Shown here: one piece after another, positions 19,392-28,823 of the stretch
Layout: the number at the start of each line of letters is the position of its first letter
Numbering within the stretch: position 1 is the stretch's first letter
DNA from: Acutalibacteraceae bacterium
Lineage (GTDB): Bacteria; Actinomycetota; Coriobacteriia; Coriobacteriales; Coriobacteriaceae
Length of the DNA: 53,552 bases
NCBI GenBank assembly: GCA_963599935.1
Contig: CAVCBD010000001.1
Coordinates: 1-53,552 of the forward strand
Reading direction: 5' to 3'
The notes under the pieces: model-generated
Told to the model about the DNA's origin: nothing
Databases searched by the model: none
What the model saw: the letters and a program-made list of their open reading frames with translations, nothing else
Program-made: the position numbers and the translations under genes

Positions 19392-20159
19392 ATGGCAGGC
19401 GAATCTTATGCAATTCCCCCCAAAGACCGTGCTGTTGAGGGAATTCTTTGGTACATCCAGCACCATCAGCTTGCCGGTGGCGATCGCCTGCCGGCCGAGC
19501 GCGTGCTGTGCGAGGTTATTGGCGTTTCGCGTACGGCGTTGCGTGCTGGCATCACGCGGCTCATTTCGTGCGGAACGCTCGAGAGCCGCCGCGGATCGGG
19601 TACGTATGTGTGTCCTCCCAAACCGCTGAACATCTTCCAGGAAACGTATAATTTCTCCGATGCCGTGCGGACTGCCGGCCTGCACCCCTCTTCGCGCTTG
19701 GTTTCCACCGAGACGGTCGAGGCAGATGAGGTACTTGCCGACAAGCTTGGGGTGGCCGCAGGCGCTCCCTTGCTCCGCATGCAGCGCGTCCGTCTCATTG
19801 AGGGCGAGCCGGCTTCAATCGAAACAGCCCATGTCAACCTGTCTCTTTGCCCGTCGCTTCCCGACCATGATTTTGAGCACGAGAGCCTCTACGACGTCTT
19901 GCTCAGAGAAGGCGGCGTGCGTGTTGAACATGGACGCGAGCACATCTCAATCTCGCGCCTGAACGCCGAGGAGGCCGAGCTTCTCCAGCAAGAAGAGGGA
20001 ACGCCGGTATTCTATGAGAGCACGATTGAGTTTGATAAAGACATGCGCTTTGTGGAGCATTGCAAATCGGTGATTCTGCCCACGAAGTTCCGCTTTGCCG
20101 ATAACGGCGAAAAGAACGGCATGAAGAGCGTGGCAGGTGAACAATGGCTGAAACAGTAG
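19392..20159 (+). CDS. GntR/HutC-family regulator (FrlR-like), first of a tandem pair
   Basis: RLPAERVLCEVIGVSRTALR...GSGTYV plus UTRA domain. Confidence 0.9.
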   Translation: MAGESYAIPPKDRAVEGILWYIQHHQLAGGDRLPAERVLCEVIGVSRTALRAGITRLISCGTLESRRGSGTYVCPPKPLNIFQETYNFSDAVRTAGLHPSSRLVSTETVEADEVLADKLGVAAGAPLLRMQRVRLIEGEPASIETAHVNLSLCPSLPDHDFEHESLYDVLLREGGVRVEHGREHISISRLNAEEAELLQQEEGTPVFYESTIEFDKDMRFVEHCKSVILPTKFRFADNGEKNGMKSVAGEQWLKQ

Positions 20160-20857
20160 AGACCACCCCGGTCTATATGCGCATACGCCGCCGTATCGAG
20201 GAGCGGATCGAGCGCGGCATATATCCCACGGGCTCGATGATTCCGTCCGAGAACGAGCTCGCTGAGGAGTTTGGCACGACGCGCCTGACCATCCGAAGCG
20301 CCGTTGACGAGCTGGTTCGTCGCGGCCAGATTCGCCGTGTTCGTGGAAAAGGCGCCTTCGTGGCGCAGAAGGTGCCCGTAACGTTTGAGCGTACCGGCGG
20401 CTTCCGTGAATCGGTCCGCGCCTCGGGAGGCGAGCCGTCCGTTCGTATCCTCGCGCGCTCCAAGCGCTACGCCGGACCGTACTATGCCGATCTGTTTGGC
20501 ATTGCCGAGGACGACCTGCTCTATTCCATTCGACGTCTTAACTGCGTCAATGGTGACCCCTTCTCCATCGAGATGGCGCTGATTCCCTGCCTGCTGTTCC
20601 CGACCATCGAGGAGATCGATGTGTCGGTCTTCAGTCTGTACGAGACCTATGAGATGCTGGGTCGAAAGCCGGCCATGGCGCAGGAAAAGCTCAATATCGA
20701 AGCGCTGGGCGCGCGAGACGCCGGCCTGCTTGGCTTGGAGCAAGGCGATCTTGCCTTGACGCTGGAATGCGTGAGCTATGACGCGAGCGGCCAGGCGATT
20801 GAGTACGTCAAATCGTTCAACCGCGGCGATGCGGGCGGATATACCTATACGTACTAG
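20144..20857 (+). CDS. GntR/HutC-family regulator (FrlR-like), second of a tandem pair
   Basis: IPSENELAEEFGTTRLTIR...GKGAFV plus UTRA domain. Confidence 0.9.
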   Translation: MAETVETTPVYMRIRRRIEERIERGIYPTGSMIPSENELAEEFGTTRLTIRSAVDELVRRGQIRRVRGKGAFVAQKVPVTFERTGGFRESVRASGGEPSVRILARSKRYAGPYYADLFGIAEDDLLYSIRRLNCVNGDPFSIEMALIPCLLFPTIEEIDVSVFSLYETYEMLGRKPAMAQEKLNIEALGARDAGLLGLEQGDLALTLECVSYDASGQAIEYVKSFNRGDAGGYTYTY

Positions 20858-21052
20858 CTGGTGCTTTTGCATAACGGGCAGAAAAAGCCGACTGATTTCG
20901 AATCGTTAAGCAGGCTATATATACAACCTTACATGGTTCAAAATCGACCGTTCGCCGATGGGGAAAGATTAGTCGGCAAATAGGTATCAAAAAGCCGTAA
21001 CCTGTAACTGTGATTGGTATCAAATACTAATAATTTGTTACGAGGTGAGACG

Positions 21053-22168
21053 ATGAAAATGCTCGATTACGTTCAGCTTGCCCATATGCGTATGGGCGAG
21101 AACCTCGAGCGTTCGTCCGAGCTTGTAGGCCAGCTCGTCGATATTTTCCAGTCCACATCCTTTGGTGCACTGCGTATCGTCGCTTCGGGTTCGTCCCGTC
21201 ATGCCGCCGATTGCGCCCGCGATTACCTGCAGGACGCACTGCGGATGCAGGTGTCCGTTGTGACGCCTGAGGCCTTTGTCGACTTTGAGCATGCCTATCC
21301 ACAGAATGCGCTCAACATCGCTATTTCTCAGAGTGGCTATTCGACTAACACGATTGCGGCGCTCGACTACATGCGCGCGAACGACATGGCCGCGGTTGCG
21401 CTCACGGCAAACGTCGAAGCTCCCATTAAGGATCATGCCGATATCGTTCTCGACTACGGCGTGGGCGTCGAGTCGGTGGACTTTGTGACCTTGGGTGTTC
21501 AGACGCTTATCGAGTACCTGGTGCTCTTTGGCATTTACGGTGGTCAGGCACGCGGGACGATTGACGCCGATGGCGTCGCCCAGCGCCTTGACGATCTGCG
21601 CGAGGCCATCCAGGCCAACGCCGCGATGTGCAAGACCGCCGAGGCATATGTCCAAGATCATCTGCTCGAGCTGTCGGAGCACGTGCCTGCCATGGTTGTG
21701 GGCAACGGTCCCAACTATGGCGTTGCCGAAGAGGCGGCGCTCAAGCTGAGTGAGACTATCAAGATTCCGGCCATGCATCACGAGGGCGAGGAGTTCGTCC
21801 ATGGTCCCGAGATGCAGATTACCCCGGGCTATCTGGTGCTTATCGTCGACGATCCTCGAGGGTCGGAGCGTCTGGCAAATATCGCCGACGCGCTGTCGAA
21901 GGTAACGAAAAAGGCCGTCCTGCTAACCATGCATCCCAAGGGCAAGGCACACGAGATTGCGGTACCGCAGGTGGCTCCGCTGCTTGCCGCGATTCCCAAC
22001 CTGGTGTTCTTCCAGACGATGGCGGCAATGGTCACCGAGCGTCTGAACTCGTGGGACGTCCATCCGTATCTCGATGCCGTCTCCAAGCAAATGGAGGTTA
22101 AGGCGGAAGGCTACGAGGAATCGGTCAACACGCTTAAGGCCAAAGCGGCCGAGTGCTACGGAATGTAG
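21053..22168 (+). CDS. SIS-domain sugar-amine deglycase/isomerase (GfrE/AgaS-like)
   Basis: ASGSS, ISQSGYS, EAALKLSE, EEFVHGP double-SIS motifs. Confidence 0.8.
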   Translation: MKMLDYVQLAHMRMGENLERSSELVGQLVDIFQSTSFGALRIVASGSSRHAADCARDYLQDALRMQVSVVTPEAFVDFEHAYPQNALNIAISQSGYSTNTIAALDYMRANDMAAVALTANVEAPIKDHADIVLDYGVGVESVDFVTLGVQTLIEYLVLFGIYGGQARGTIDADGVAQRLDDLREAIQANAAMCKTAEAYVQDHLLELSEHVPAMVVGNGPNYGVAEEAALKLSETIKIPAMHHEGEEFVHGPEMQITPGYLVLIVDDPRGSERLANIADALSKVTKKAVLLTMHPKGKAHEIAVPQVAPLLAAIPNLVFFQTMAAMVTERLNSWDVHPYLDAVSKQMEVKAEGYEESVNTLKAKAAECYGM

Positions 22169-22228
22169 GCGGGCGTTGTCGCTCGTTGGCATAGGGGATG
22201 TTAAGGCAGCCCCAGAAAGGAGAAGCAA

Positions 22229-23290
22229 ATGAAGGAAACCGAGAAGATCGAGATCATGAATTTCGACCAGGAGGGCTACCTCGAGGACGGCAAGGCGCTC
22301 TACGAGACCGGCAAGAAGATGACCGCGCTCGCCGACAAGGTCGCCGACGAGGGCTATGACGCCGTGTTCCTGATGGGTGTTGGCGGCACCTGGGATGAGC
22401 TCATGCAGCTCGAGTATCTCATGAACAAGTTCGGCGACCGCGACCTCGAGGTCTACCTGATCCACGCCGCCGAATGGAACGTCTCCGGCCACAAGCGCAT
22501 GACCGACAAGTCCGTCGTGCTCACCGCCTCCGAGTCCGGCACCACCCCCGAGGTCCTCGAGGCCGTCAAGAAGATGAAGGACATGGGCGTGCGCGTCTAC
22601 GCCATGACCAAGCCCGAGGGCCCCATCGGCCAGGCTGTCGGTGCCGAGAACTGCGTCGCCATGGCTTCTGACCATGGTTCCGGTGGCTGCGAGAAGGGCT
22701 ACTACCTCGCCGACTGCTTCGGTCTGCGCCTGCTCAACCGTCGCGGCTGCTTCCCCAAGTTCGATCTGTTCATCGAGCAGACCAAGGACATCTGGAAGGA
22801 TATGCTCGATATCCGTAAGCGCTTCGAGCCGCGCGCCGAGGAGCTCGCCAAGAAGTACGCCCTCGCGCCCTACACCATGTTCATCGGCTCCGGTGCCCTG
22901 TGGGGCGAGACCATCCTGTTCTCGATGTGCATCCTCGAGGAGATGCAGTGGAAGCGCACCCGCTACATCACCTCGGCCGACTTCTTCCACGGCACCCTGG
23001 AGCTCGTGGAGCCCGGCGTCCCCGTGTTCCTGTTCATGGGCGAGGACGAGAACCGTAAGCTCGACGAGCGTGTCCGCGCCTTCCTGACCCGCGGCGTGAC
23101 CGGCGACACCGACATCAACATCATCGACACCGCCGAGTTCGCCATCCCCGGCCTTGACGACGACTTCCGTGTCATCGTTTCCCCGTGGATCCTGACGGTG
23201 CTCGTGACTGACCGCCTGGCTCGCTACTACGAGACGGTCACCAAGCACAACCTCAAGTATCGTCGTTACTATCACCAGTTCGACTACTAA
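22229..23290 (+). CDS. frlB: Fructosamine-6-phosphate deglycase (FrlB/GfrF family), copy 1
   Basis: GVGGT, SESGTTPE, MCILEEMQW, FFHGTLE, RRYYHQFDY. Confidence 0.85.
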   Translation: MKETEKIEIMNFDQEGYLEDGKALYETGKKMTALADKVADEGYDAVFLMGVGGTWDELMQLEYLMNKFGDRDLEVYLIHAAEWNVSGHKRMTDKSVVLTASESGTTPEVLEAVKKMKDMGVRVYAMTKPEGPIGQAVGAENCVAMASDHGSGGCEKGYYLADCFGLRLLNRRGCFPKFDLFIEQTKDIWKDMLDIRKRFEPRAEELAKKYALAPYTMFIGSGALWGETILFSMCILEEMQWKRTRYITSADFFHGTLELVEPGVPVFLFMGEDENRKLDERVRAFLTRGVTGDTDINIIDTAEFAIPGLDDDFRVIVSPWILTVLVTDRLARYYETVTKHNLKYRRYYHQFDY

Positions 23291-23332
23291 AGCCAAGCGC
23301 GGGGACGCGTCAGTCACGGAAGGATTCGCAGA

Positions 23333-23752
23333 ATGAGACAGTACATCATTGCCAGCCATGCACACTTCGCTACCGGCATCAAGGAGAGCATTGAGCTGCT
23401 CTCGGGCGCTCGCGACAACGTCCACGACCTTTCGATGTTCGTCGACGATCGCATGGACGTGGCCGAGGAAGCCCAAAAGCTGCTGGCAGGCATGTCTGCC
23501 GACGATGATGTCGTCGTCTGCACCGACCTTTTTGGCGGCAGTGTGAACAACGAGTTCACCAAGATCGTCCAGACGCGTCCCCGCACCTACCTTGTCACCA
23601 ATATGAACCTTCCGCTGCTCATCCAGCTGCTGTTCTCAGATGAGTCGGCTCCGGTTGAGGAGACAATTCGCGCCATCGTCGCTGCGGACGATACGCGCGT
23701 CAAGTTCGTCAACGACCTGCTGGTCGATGACGACGAGGAAGAAGAGTTCTAA
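23333..23752 (+). CDS. Mannose-family PTS EIIA, copy 1
   Basis: IIASHA, TDLFGGSVNN, NMNLPLL. Confidence 0.92.
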   Translation: MRQYIIASHAHFATGIKESIELLSGARDNVHDLSMFVDDRMDVAEEAQKLLAGMSADDDVVVCTDLFGGSVNNEFTKIVQTRPRTYLVTNMNLPLLIQLLFSDESAPVEETIRAIVAADDTRVKFVNDLLVDDDEEEEF

Positions 23753-23809
23753 TCCGCAGCGCCTATCGCAACGCCGCTCGCCGGCACAAGACCTTTGGGG
23801 GGTCACATT

Positions 23810-24292
23810 ATGATTCAGCTACTTCGCGTTGACCATCGTCTGCTTCACGGCCAGGTCGCAGTCTCTTGGGTCCAGGGCCTTGGTTCTAACTGCATCTTCT
23901 GTGTGGGCGACAAGGTCGCCAACGACCCGGTGTGGAAGACCACGCTCAAGATGGGCAAGCCTGCCGGTTGCAAGCTCGTCATTAAGGATATGGCGAGCGC
24001 CATCGAGGCCATTAACTCGGGCGTGACCGACAAGTACAAGATGATCATCTGCGTTGCCACCATCGCCGAGGCAAAGCAGCTTGCCGAGGGCTGCCCGCAG
24101 ATCAAGTCCATCAACCTGGGCAACACCAAGCCCAAGGACGAGAAGCGCCCCGACGCGCGTCAGGTTTCTCGCCAGATCTTCCTGACCGCAGCCGAGGAGG
24201 CCGATGTGCGCGAGATGTTGAGTAAGGGCATCGAGGTCGAGATTCGTCCTCTGGCCGACGACCCCAAGGTCGATTGCGCGAGCGTGCTCTAA
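23810..24292 (+). CDS. Mannose-family PTS EIIB, copy 1
   Basis: RVDHRLLHGQV, INLGN. Confidence 0.92.
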   Translation: MIQLLRVDHRLLHGQVAVSWVQGLGSNCIFCVGDKVANDPVWKTTLKMGKPAGCKLVIKDMASAIEAINSGVTDKYKMIICVATIAEAKQLAEGCPQIKSINLGNTKPKDEKRPDARQVSRQIFLTAAEEADVREMLSKGIEVEIRPLADDPKVDCASVL

Positions 24293-24350
24293 ACGGTTTA
24301 CATCGAAGAGGGTCCACTCTTCGTAGTTTCCTAATTGGAAAGGGGGATAT

Positions 24351-25124
24351 ATGCTTACCCAAGCAATCCTCATCGGACTTATCGCCGCATTTGGTAAGTT
24401 CGACTACCAGCTCGGTACGCTTTACGCGTTCCGTCCCATCGTCCTGTGCCCGCTCGTGGGCCTGGTGCTGGGGGATTTGCAGTCTGGTCTTGCGATTGGC
24501 GCGAGCCTGGAACTGCTGTTCATGGGCTCGATCTCCATCGGTGCCTATGTTCCGCCCGATGAGACGATCGGCGGCGTGCTCGCCTGCGCCTTCGCTATCC
24601 AGCTGGGCCAGAGCACCGAGGCTGCCATCGCACTCGCCATGCCCATTGCAACGCTGTGCCTTGCCATCAAGAACATCCTGAACGCGGCCCTGCCGATTCT
24701 GGTTGACCGCGCAGACGTCTTCTCTGCCCAAGGCAACCTCAAGGGCGTCTACGCGATGCACTTCCTGATTGGCTCCACGGGCGTCCTCATGGCGTTCCTG
24801 CTGTGCTCGCTGTCGTTCTACCTGGGCGCTGACGCCATCCAGGGCATGCTCGACTTCATCCCGACGTTCGTCCTCGATGGCTTTGGCGTCGCAGCCAACA
24901 TCCTGCCGGCCATGGGCTTCGCCATGCTCGGCCGCCTGGTGCTCACCAAGCAGCTCGTGCCCTTCTACTTCCTGGGCTTCCTGTTGTGCTCCTACGCCAA
25001 CGTGCCCGTCCTGGGCGTCGCCCTGATCGCCATCATCATCGGCATCGACAAGTTCGACCTGCTGGGGCTCGGCGGAGCCCAGCCCCAGCTCTCCGCGGAA
25101 GGGGATGAGGACGATGACTTCTAG
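24351..25124 (+). CDS. Mannose-family PTS EIIC, copy 1
   Basis: RPIVLCPLVGLVLGD, LELLFMG..SIGAYVPPD, LPAMGFAML. Confidence 0.92.
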   Translation: MLTQAILIGLIAAFGKFDYQLGTLYAFRPIVLCPLVGLVLGDLQSGLAIGASLELLFMGSISIGAYVPPDETIGGVLACAFAIQLGQSTEAAIALAMPIATLCLAIKNILNAALPILVDRADVFSAQGNLKGVYAMHFLIGSTGVLMAFLLCSLSFYLGADAIQGMLDFIPTFVLDGFGVAANILPAMGFAMLGRLVLTKQLVPFYFLGFLLCSYANVPVLGVALIAIIIGIDKFDLLGLGGAQPQLSAEGDEDDDF

Positions 25125-25938
25125 TCCCGAGAACAAGATCACGCGCTCCGACCTGGTCAGGAGCGCCGTCAACGTCGGCTCCCTGGGCATGGAGTTCTCC
25201 TGGACCTACTACAAGCAGATGAACATCGCCTTCTGCCTGATGGTCGCCAACATGCTCAAGAAGATCTACGCCGGCCGTCCCGACGACTACGCCGAGGCCC
25301 TGCACCGCCACTGCGCGTTCTTCAACATCACCGTCCAGTTCGCCCCGTTCGTCGGCGGCATCGCGATGGCCATGGAGGAGAAGGTCGCCCGCGGCGAGAT
25401 CGAGCCGGAGAGCGTCAACGACGTCAAGGCCGCCCTCATGGGCCCGCTGTCGGGCATCGGCGACTCCATCTTCCTGTCGACCCTTCGCGTGGTCGCCGCC
25501 GCGGTGGGCATCAGCCTGTGCCAGGCCGGCAACCCCTTCGGCCCCATCGCCTTCCTGCTCATCTACAACGTCCCCGGCTTCGCGCTGCGCGTCTGGGGCG
25601 CCGTCAAGGGCTACGAGCTGGGCGTGGGCTTCCTGGACGAGGCCCAGAGGACCGGCCTCATGCAGAAGATCATGACCTGCGTCGGCATCGTGGGCGTCAT
25701 GGTCGTGGGCGCCATGTGCAAGGACATGTTCTGGGCGAGCATCCCCGTGGCCATCGGCTCGGGCGACGACGCCCAGACCCTCCAGGACATCCTGGACGGC
25801 ATCATGCCCGGCATGCTCGGCATGATCGCCTTCTGGCTCTACTACTGGCTGCTGTCCAAGAAGATCAACCCCATGGTGCTGATCGTGGCCACCATGGTCG
25901 TGGGCATCGTCGGCGCGTTCTTCGGCGTGCTGGCGTAA
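24894..25938 (+). repeat. ~1045-bp direct repeat, copy A (3' part of EIIC plus all of EIID)
   Basis: Matches 27696-28740 at offset 2802; the two EIID translations are identical. Confidence 0.9.
25114..25938 (+). CDS. Mannose-family PTS EIID, copy 1
   Basis: RHCAFFN, KAALMGPLSGIGDS. Confidence 0.92.
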   Translation: MTSSPENKITRSDLVRSAVNVGSLGMEFSWTYYKQMNIAFCLMVANMLKKIYAGRPDDYAEALHRHCAFFNITVQFAPFVGGIAMAMEEKVARGEIEPESVNDVKAALMGPLSGIGDSIFLSTLRVVAAAVGISLCQAGNPFGPIAFLLIYNVPGFALRVWGAVKGYELGVGFLDEAQRTGLMQKIMTCVGIVGVMVVGAMCKDMFWASIPVAIGSGDDAQTLQDILDGIMPGMLGMIAFWLYYWLLSKKINPMVLIVATMVVGIVGAFFGVLA

Positions 25939-26016
25939 GCTCGGCCATATCTATCTGCCCCCAAGGGAAACGGCGACCCGCTGCGGTCGCCGTTTTTTAT
26001 TACGTGGAGGTGCTTC

Positions 26017-26907
26017 GTGAATCGATCTGACAATCCACCCGACAATGGCGTGAGCGGTGCGATGTACCTATTTGGCACGGCGCTCCTGTGGAGCTTTATC
26101 GGCATCCTCGTTCACGCCAACTCACAATCGGCCCTTTTGATTGGCGCCGTCACGGCGATATTCATGGCGCTGTGTATTCTGTGCGTGGGCAGGCCAAAGC
26201 TGCGTATAAGCCGCTTGATTGTCCTTGTGGCCATCTGCAATTTTGTAACGGGCACCACGTTTAACTTCGCCAACCAGCTCACATCGGTCGGTAACGCAAT
26301 TGTCTTGCAGTACACCTCGATGATCTTTGTCATTGTGTACCAGTCGCTTGCATCGCGCACGTTTCCTTCGACGGCAAAGATCCTCTCCGTGGTTGCTGCC
26401 TTTGCGGGCATGGGGCTCTTCTTTTTGGGCGATTTGAGTGCCCAGGGCATGCTCGGTAACTTGCTTGCGGTCATTTCGGGTGCCACCTTCGGGCTGTGCT
26501 TCTTCTTGAATGCGCGCCCCGATGCTTCGCCGATGGTGTCGTCGCTTATATCGTGCGGGATCTCGATGCTGCCGATCTTCTATTTCGCGGGCAGCCTTGG
26601 TGCGGTCAAGCCCTTTGAGTGGGGCCTTATGGTGGTTCACGGTTTGTTTTGCAGTGGCTTGGCGAGCGTTTTGTATGCTAAGGGGATCGCGCACACCAAT
26701 GCGTTTGCGGCCAACTTGGTCTGCATGAGCGAAGTGGTGCTCGCGCCCTGCTGGTCGGCACTTTTGTTTGGCGAGGTCTTTAGCTGGAACGAGTTTTTGG
26801 GCGCGGCGATCATCGTCTCGGTCATCGTTGCCAACTTGGTTTCCGATGCTTTTGGCGACGGGTTTCTCGTGGCGCTTGTCCGCCATCGCCGCAGGGATTG
26901 TGCCTGA
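26017..26907 (+). CDS. EamA/DMT-family transporter
   Basis: About 10 TM segments, LLWS, NAIVLQYTS, two-repeat architecture. Confidence 0.85.
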   Translation: MNRSDNPPDNGVSGAMYLFGTALLWSFIGILVHANSQSALLIGAVTAIFMALCILCVGRPKLRISRLIVLVAICNFVTGTTFNFANQLTSVGNAIVLQYTSMIFVIVYQSLASRTFPSTAKILSVVAAFAGMGLFFLGDLSAQGMLGNLLAVISGATFGLCFFLNARPDASPMVSSLISCGISMLPIFYFAGSLGAVKPFEWGLMVVHGLFCSGLASVLYAKGIAHTNAFAANLVCMSEVVLAPCWSALLFGEVFSWNEFLGAAIIVSVIVANLVSDAFGDGFLVALVRHRRRDCA

Positions 26908-26973
26908 GGGGCGACTCATACCGATTAAGGATAAACGGCTTGCCGTTTACGGCAAAAAACACCCCGCTGAGCG

Positions 26974-27020
26974 AGTGGTATTAAATAAGGCAAACCTGCA
27001 TATCTATAATTGGTATCAAA
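26974..27020 (+). promoter_or_regulatory. Promoter/operator shared with 30115-30161
   Basis: AGTGGTATTAAA...TCTATAATTGGTATC with a TATAAT -10 box. Confidence 0.7.
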
Positions 27021-27152
27021 TCGTTTGTGCCTGGTATGGGTGTTAGCAGCACGCCAGGTGCGCTTCGAGTCGTATGGTCGAGTTTCCGAATTGATATCAG
27101 ATGCGCGCGCAACGGGGCTGACGACGGCTCGAGACCTATATTTGGAGGAACT

Positions 27153-27926
27153 ATGCTTACCCAAGCAATCCTCGTCGGCTTAGTCGGAGCCTTTGGCTGC
27201 CTCGACTATCAGCTCGGCTCCCTCTACGCGTTCCGCCCCATCGTCCTGTGCCCGCTCGTGGGCCTGGTGCTGGGTGACTTGCAGACTGGCCTCGCCGTAG
27301 GTGCGAGCCTGGAGCTGCTGTTCATGGGCTCGATTTCCATCGGCGCCTATGTGCCGCCTAACGAGACGGTTGGCGGCGTGCTCGCCTGCGCCTTCGCGAT
27401 TCAGCTCGGCCAAGGTACCGAGACGGCAATTGCCCTGGCTATGCCCATCGCCGTGCTTTCGCTGACCATCGGCAATATCACCAACGCGCTCTTCCCCGTC
27501 TTTGTGGACATGGCCGACAAGTTTGCCCTCAAAGGAAACCTCAAGGGCATCTATGCTGTGCACTGGGGCATTGGCCTTTGGGGCTGCCTTGAGTATTTCC
27601 TGCTGTGCGGCGGCGCCTTCTATCTGGGCTCCGATGCCATCCAGGGCTTGCTCAACTTTATCCCGCCTTTCATCATTGATGGTTGCGGCGTCGCGGCCAA
27701 CATCCTGCCGGCCATGGGCTTCGCCATGCTCGGCCGCCTGGTGCTCACCAAGCAGCTCGTGCCCTTCTACTTCCTGGGCTTCCTGTTGTGCTCCTACGCC
27801 AACGTGCCCGTCCTGGGCGTCGCCCTGATCGCCATCATCATCGGCATCGACAAGTTCGACCTGCTGGGGCTCGGCGGAGCCCAGCCCCAGCTCTCCGCGG
27901 AAGGGGATGAGGACGATGACTTCTAG
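27153..27926 (+). CDS. Mannose-family PTS EIIC, copy 2
   Basis: Paralog of 24351-25124; GGAGG RBS before ATG at 27153. Confidence 0.92.
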   Translation: MLTQAILVGLVGAFGCLDYQLGSLYAFRPIVLCPLVGLVLGDLQTGLAVGASLELLFMGSISIGAYVPPNETVGGVLACAFAIQLGQGTETAIALAMPIAVLSLTIGNITNALFPVFVDMADKFALKGNLKGIYAVHWGIGLWGCLEYFLLCGGAFYLGSDAIQGLLNFIPPFIIDGCGVAANILPAMGFAMLGRLVLTKQLVPFYFLGFLLCSYANVPVLGVALIAIIIGIDKFDLLGLGGAQPQLSAEGDEDDDF

Positions 27927-28740
27927 TCCCGAGAACAAGATCACGCGCTCCGACCTGGTCAGGAGCGCCGTCAACGTCGGCTCCCTGGGCATGGAGTTCT
28001 CCTGGACCTACTACAAGCAGATGAACATCGCCTTCTGCCTGATGGTCGCCAACATGCTCAAGAAGATCTACGCCGGCCGTCCCGACGACTACGCCGAGGC
28101 CCTGCACCGCCACTGCGCGTTCTTCAACATCACCGTCCAGTTCGCCCCGTTCGTCGGCGGCATCGCGATGGCCATGGAGGAGAAGGTCGCCCGCGGCGAG
28201 ATCGAGCCGGAGAGCGTCAACGACGTCAAGGCCGCCCTCATGGGCCCGCTGTCGGGCATCGGCGACTCCATCTTCCTGTCGACCCTTCGCGTGGTCGCCG
28301 CCGCGGTGGGCATCAGCCTGTGCCAGGCCGGCAACCCCTTCGGCCCCATCGCCTTCCTGCTCATCTACAACGTCCCCGGCTTCGCGCTGCGCGTCTGGGG
28401 CGCCGTCAAGGGCTACGAGCTGGGCGTGGGCTTCCTGGACGAGGCCCAGAGGACCGGCCTCATGCAGAAGATCATGACCTGCGTCGGCATCGTGGGCGTC
28501 ATGGTCGTGGGCGCCATGTGCAAGGACATGTTCTGGGCGAGCATCCCCGTGGCCATCGGCTCGGGCGACGACGCCCAGACCCTCCAGGACATCCTGGACG
28601 GCATCATGCCCGGCATGCTCGGCATGATCGCCTTCTGGCTCTACTACTGGCTGCTGTCCAAGAAGATCAACCCCATGGTGCTGATCGTGGCCACCATGGT
28701 CGTGGGCATCGTCGGCGCGTTCTTCGGCGTGCTGGCGTAA
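27696..28740 (+). repeat. ~1045-bp direct repeat, copy B
   Basis: Matches 24894-25938. Confidence 0.9.
27916..28740 (+). CDS. Mannose-family PTS EIID, copy 2
   Basis: Protein identical to copy 1. Confidence 0.92.
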   Translation: MTSSPENKITRSDLVRSAVNVGSLGMEFSWTYYKQMNIAFCLMVANMLKKIYAGRPDDYAEALHRHCAFFNITVQFAPFVGGIAMAMEEKVARGEIEPESVNDVKAALMGPLSGIGDSIFLSTLRVVAAAVGISLCQAGNPFGPIAFLLIYNVPGFALRVWGAVKGYELGVGFLDEAQRTGLMQKIMTCVGIVGVMVVGAMCKDMFWASIPVAIGSGDDAQTLQDILDGIMPGMLGMIAFWLYYWLLSKKINPMVLIVATMVVGIVGAFFGVLA

Positions 28741-28823
28741 AGCCTGCAGCAACGTTTTATCGACCTTGCAAAGGGATGGAGCAGGCCTGCGCCCTCCATC
28801 CCTTTTTGTATAAAGGAGTTCGT

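Noticed and set aside
27011..27030. Sigma54 promoter (TGGTAT as -24 box), by analogy with RpoN-dependent gfr operons
   Set aside because: No GC at the -12 position, an adjacent TATAAT, and no enhancer-binding protein in the locus
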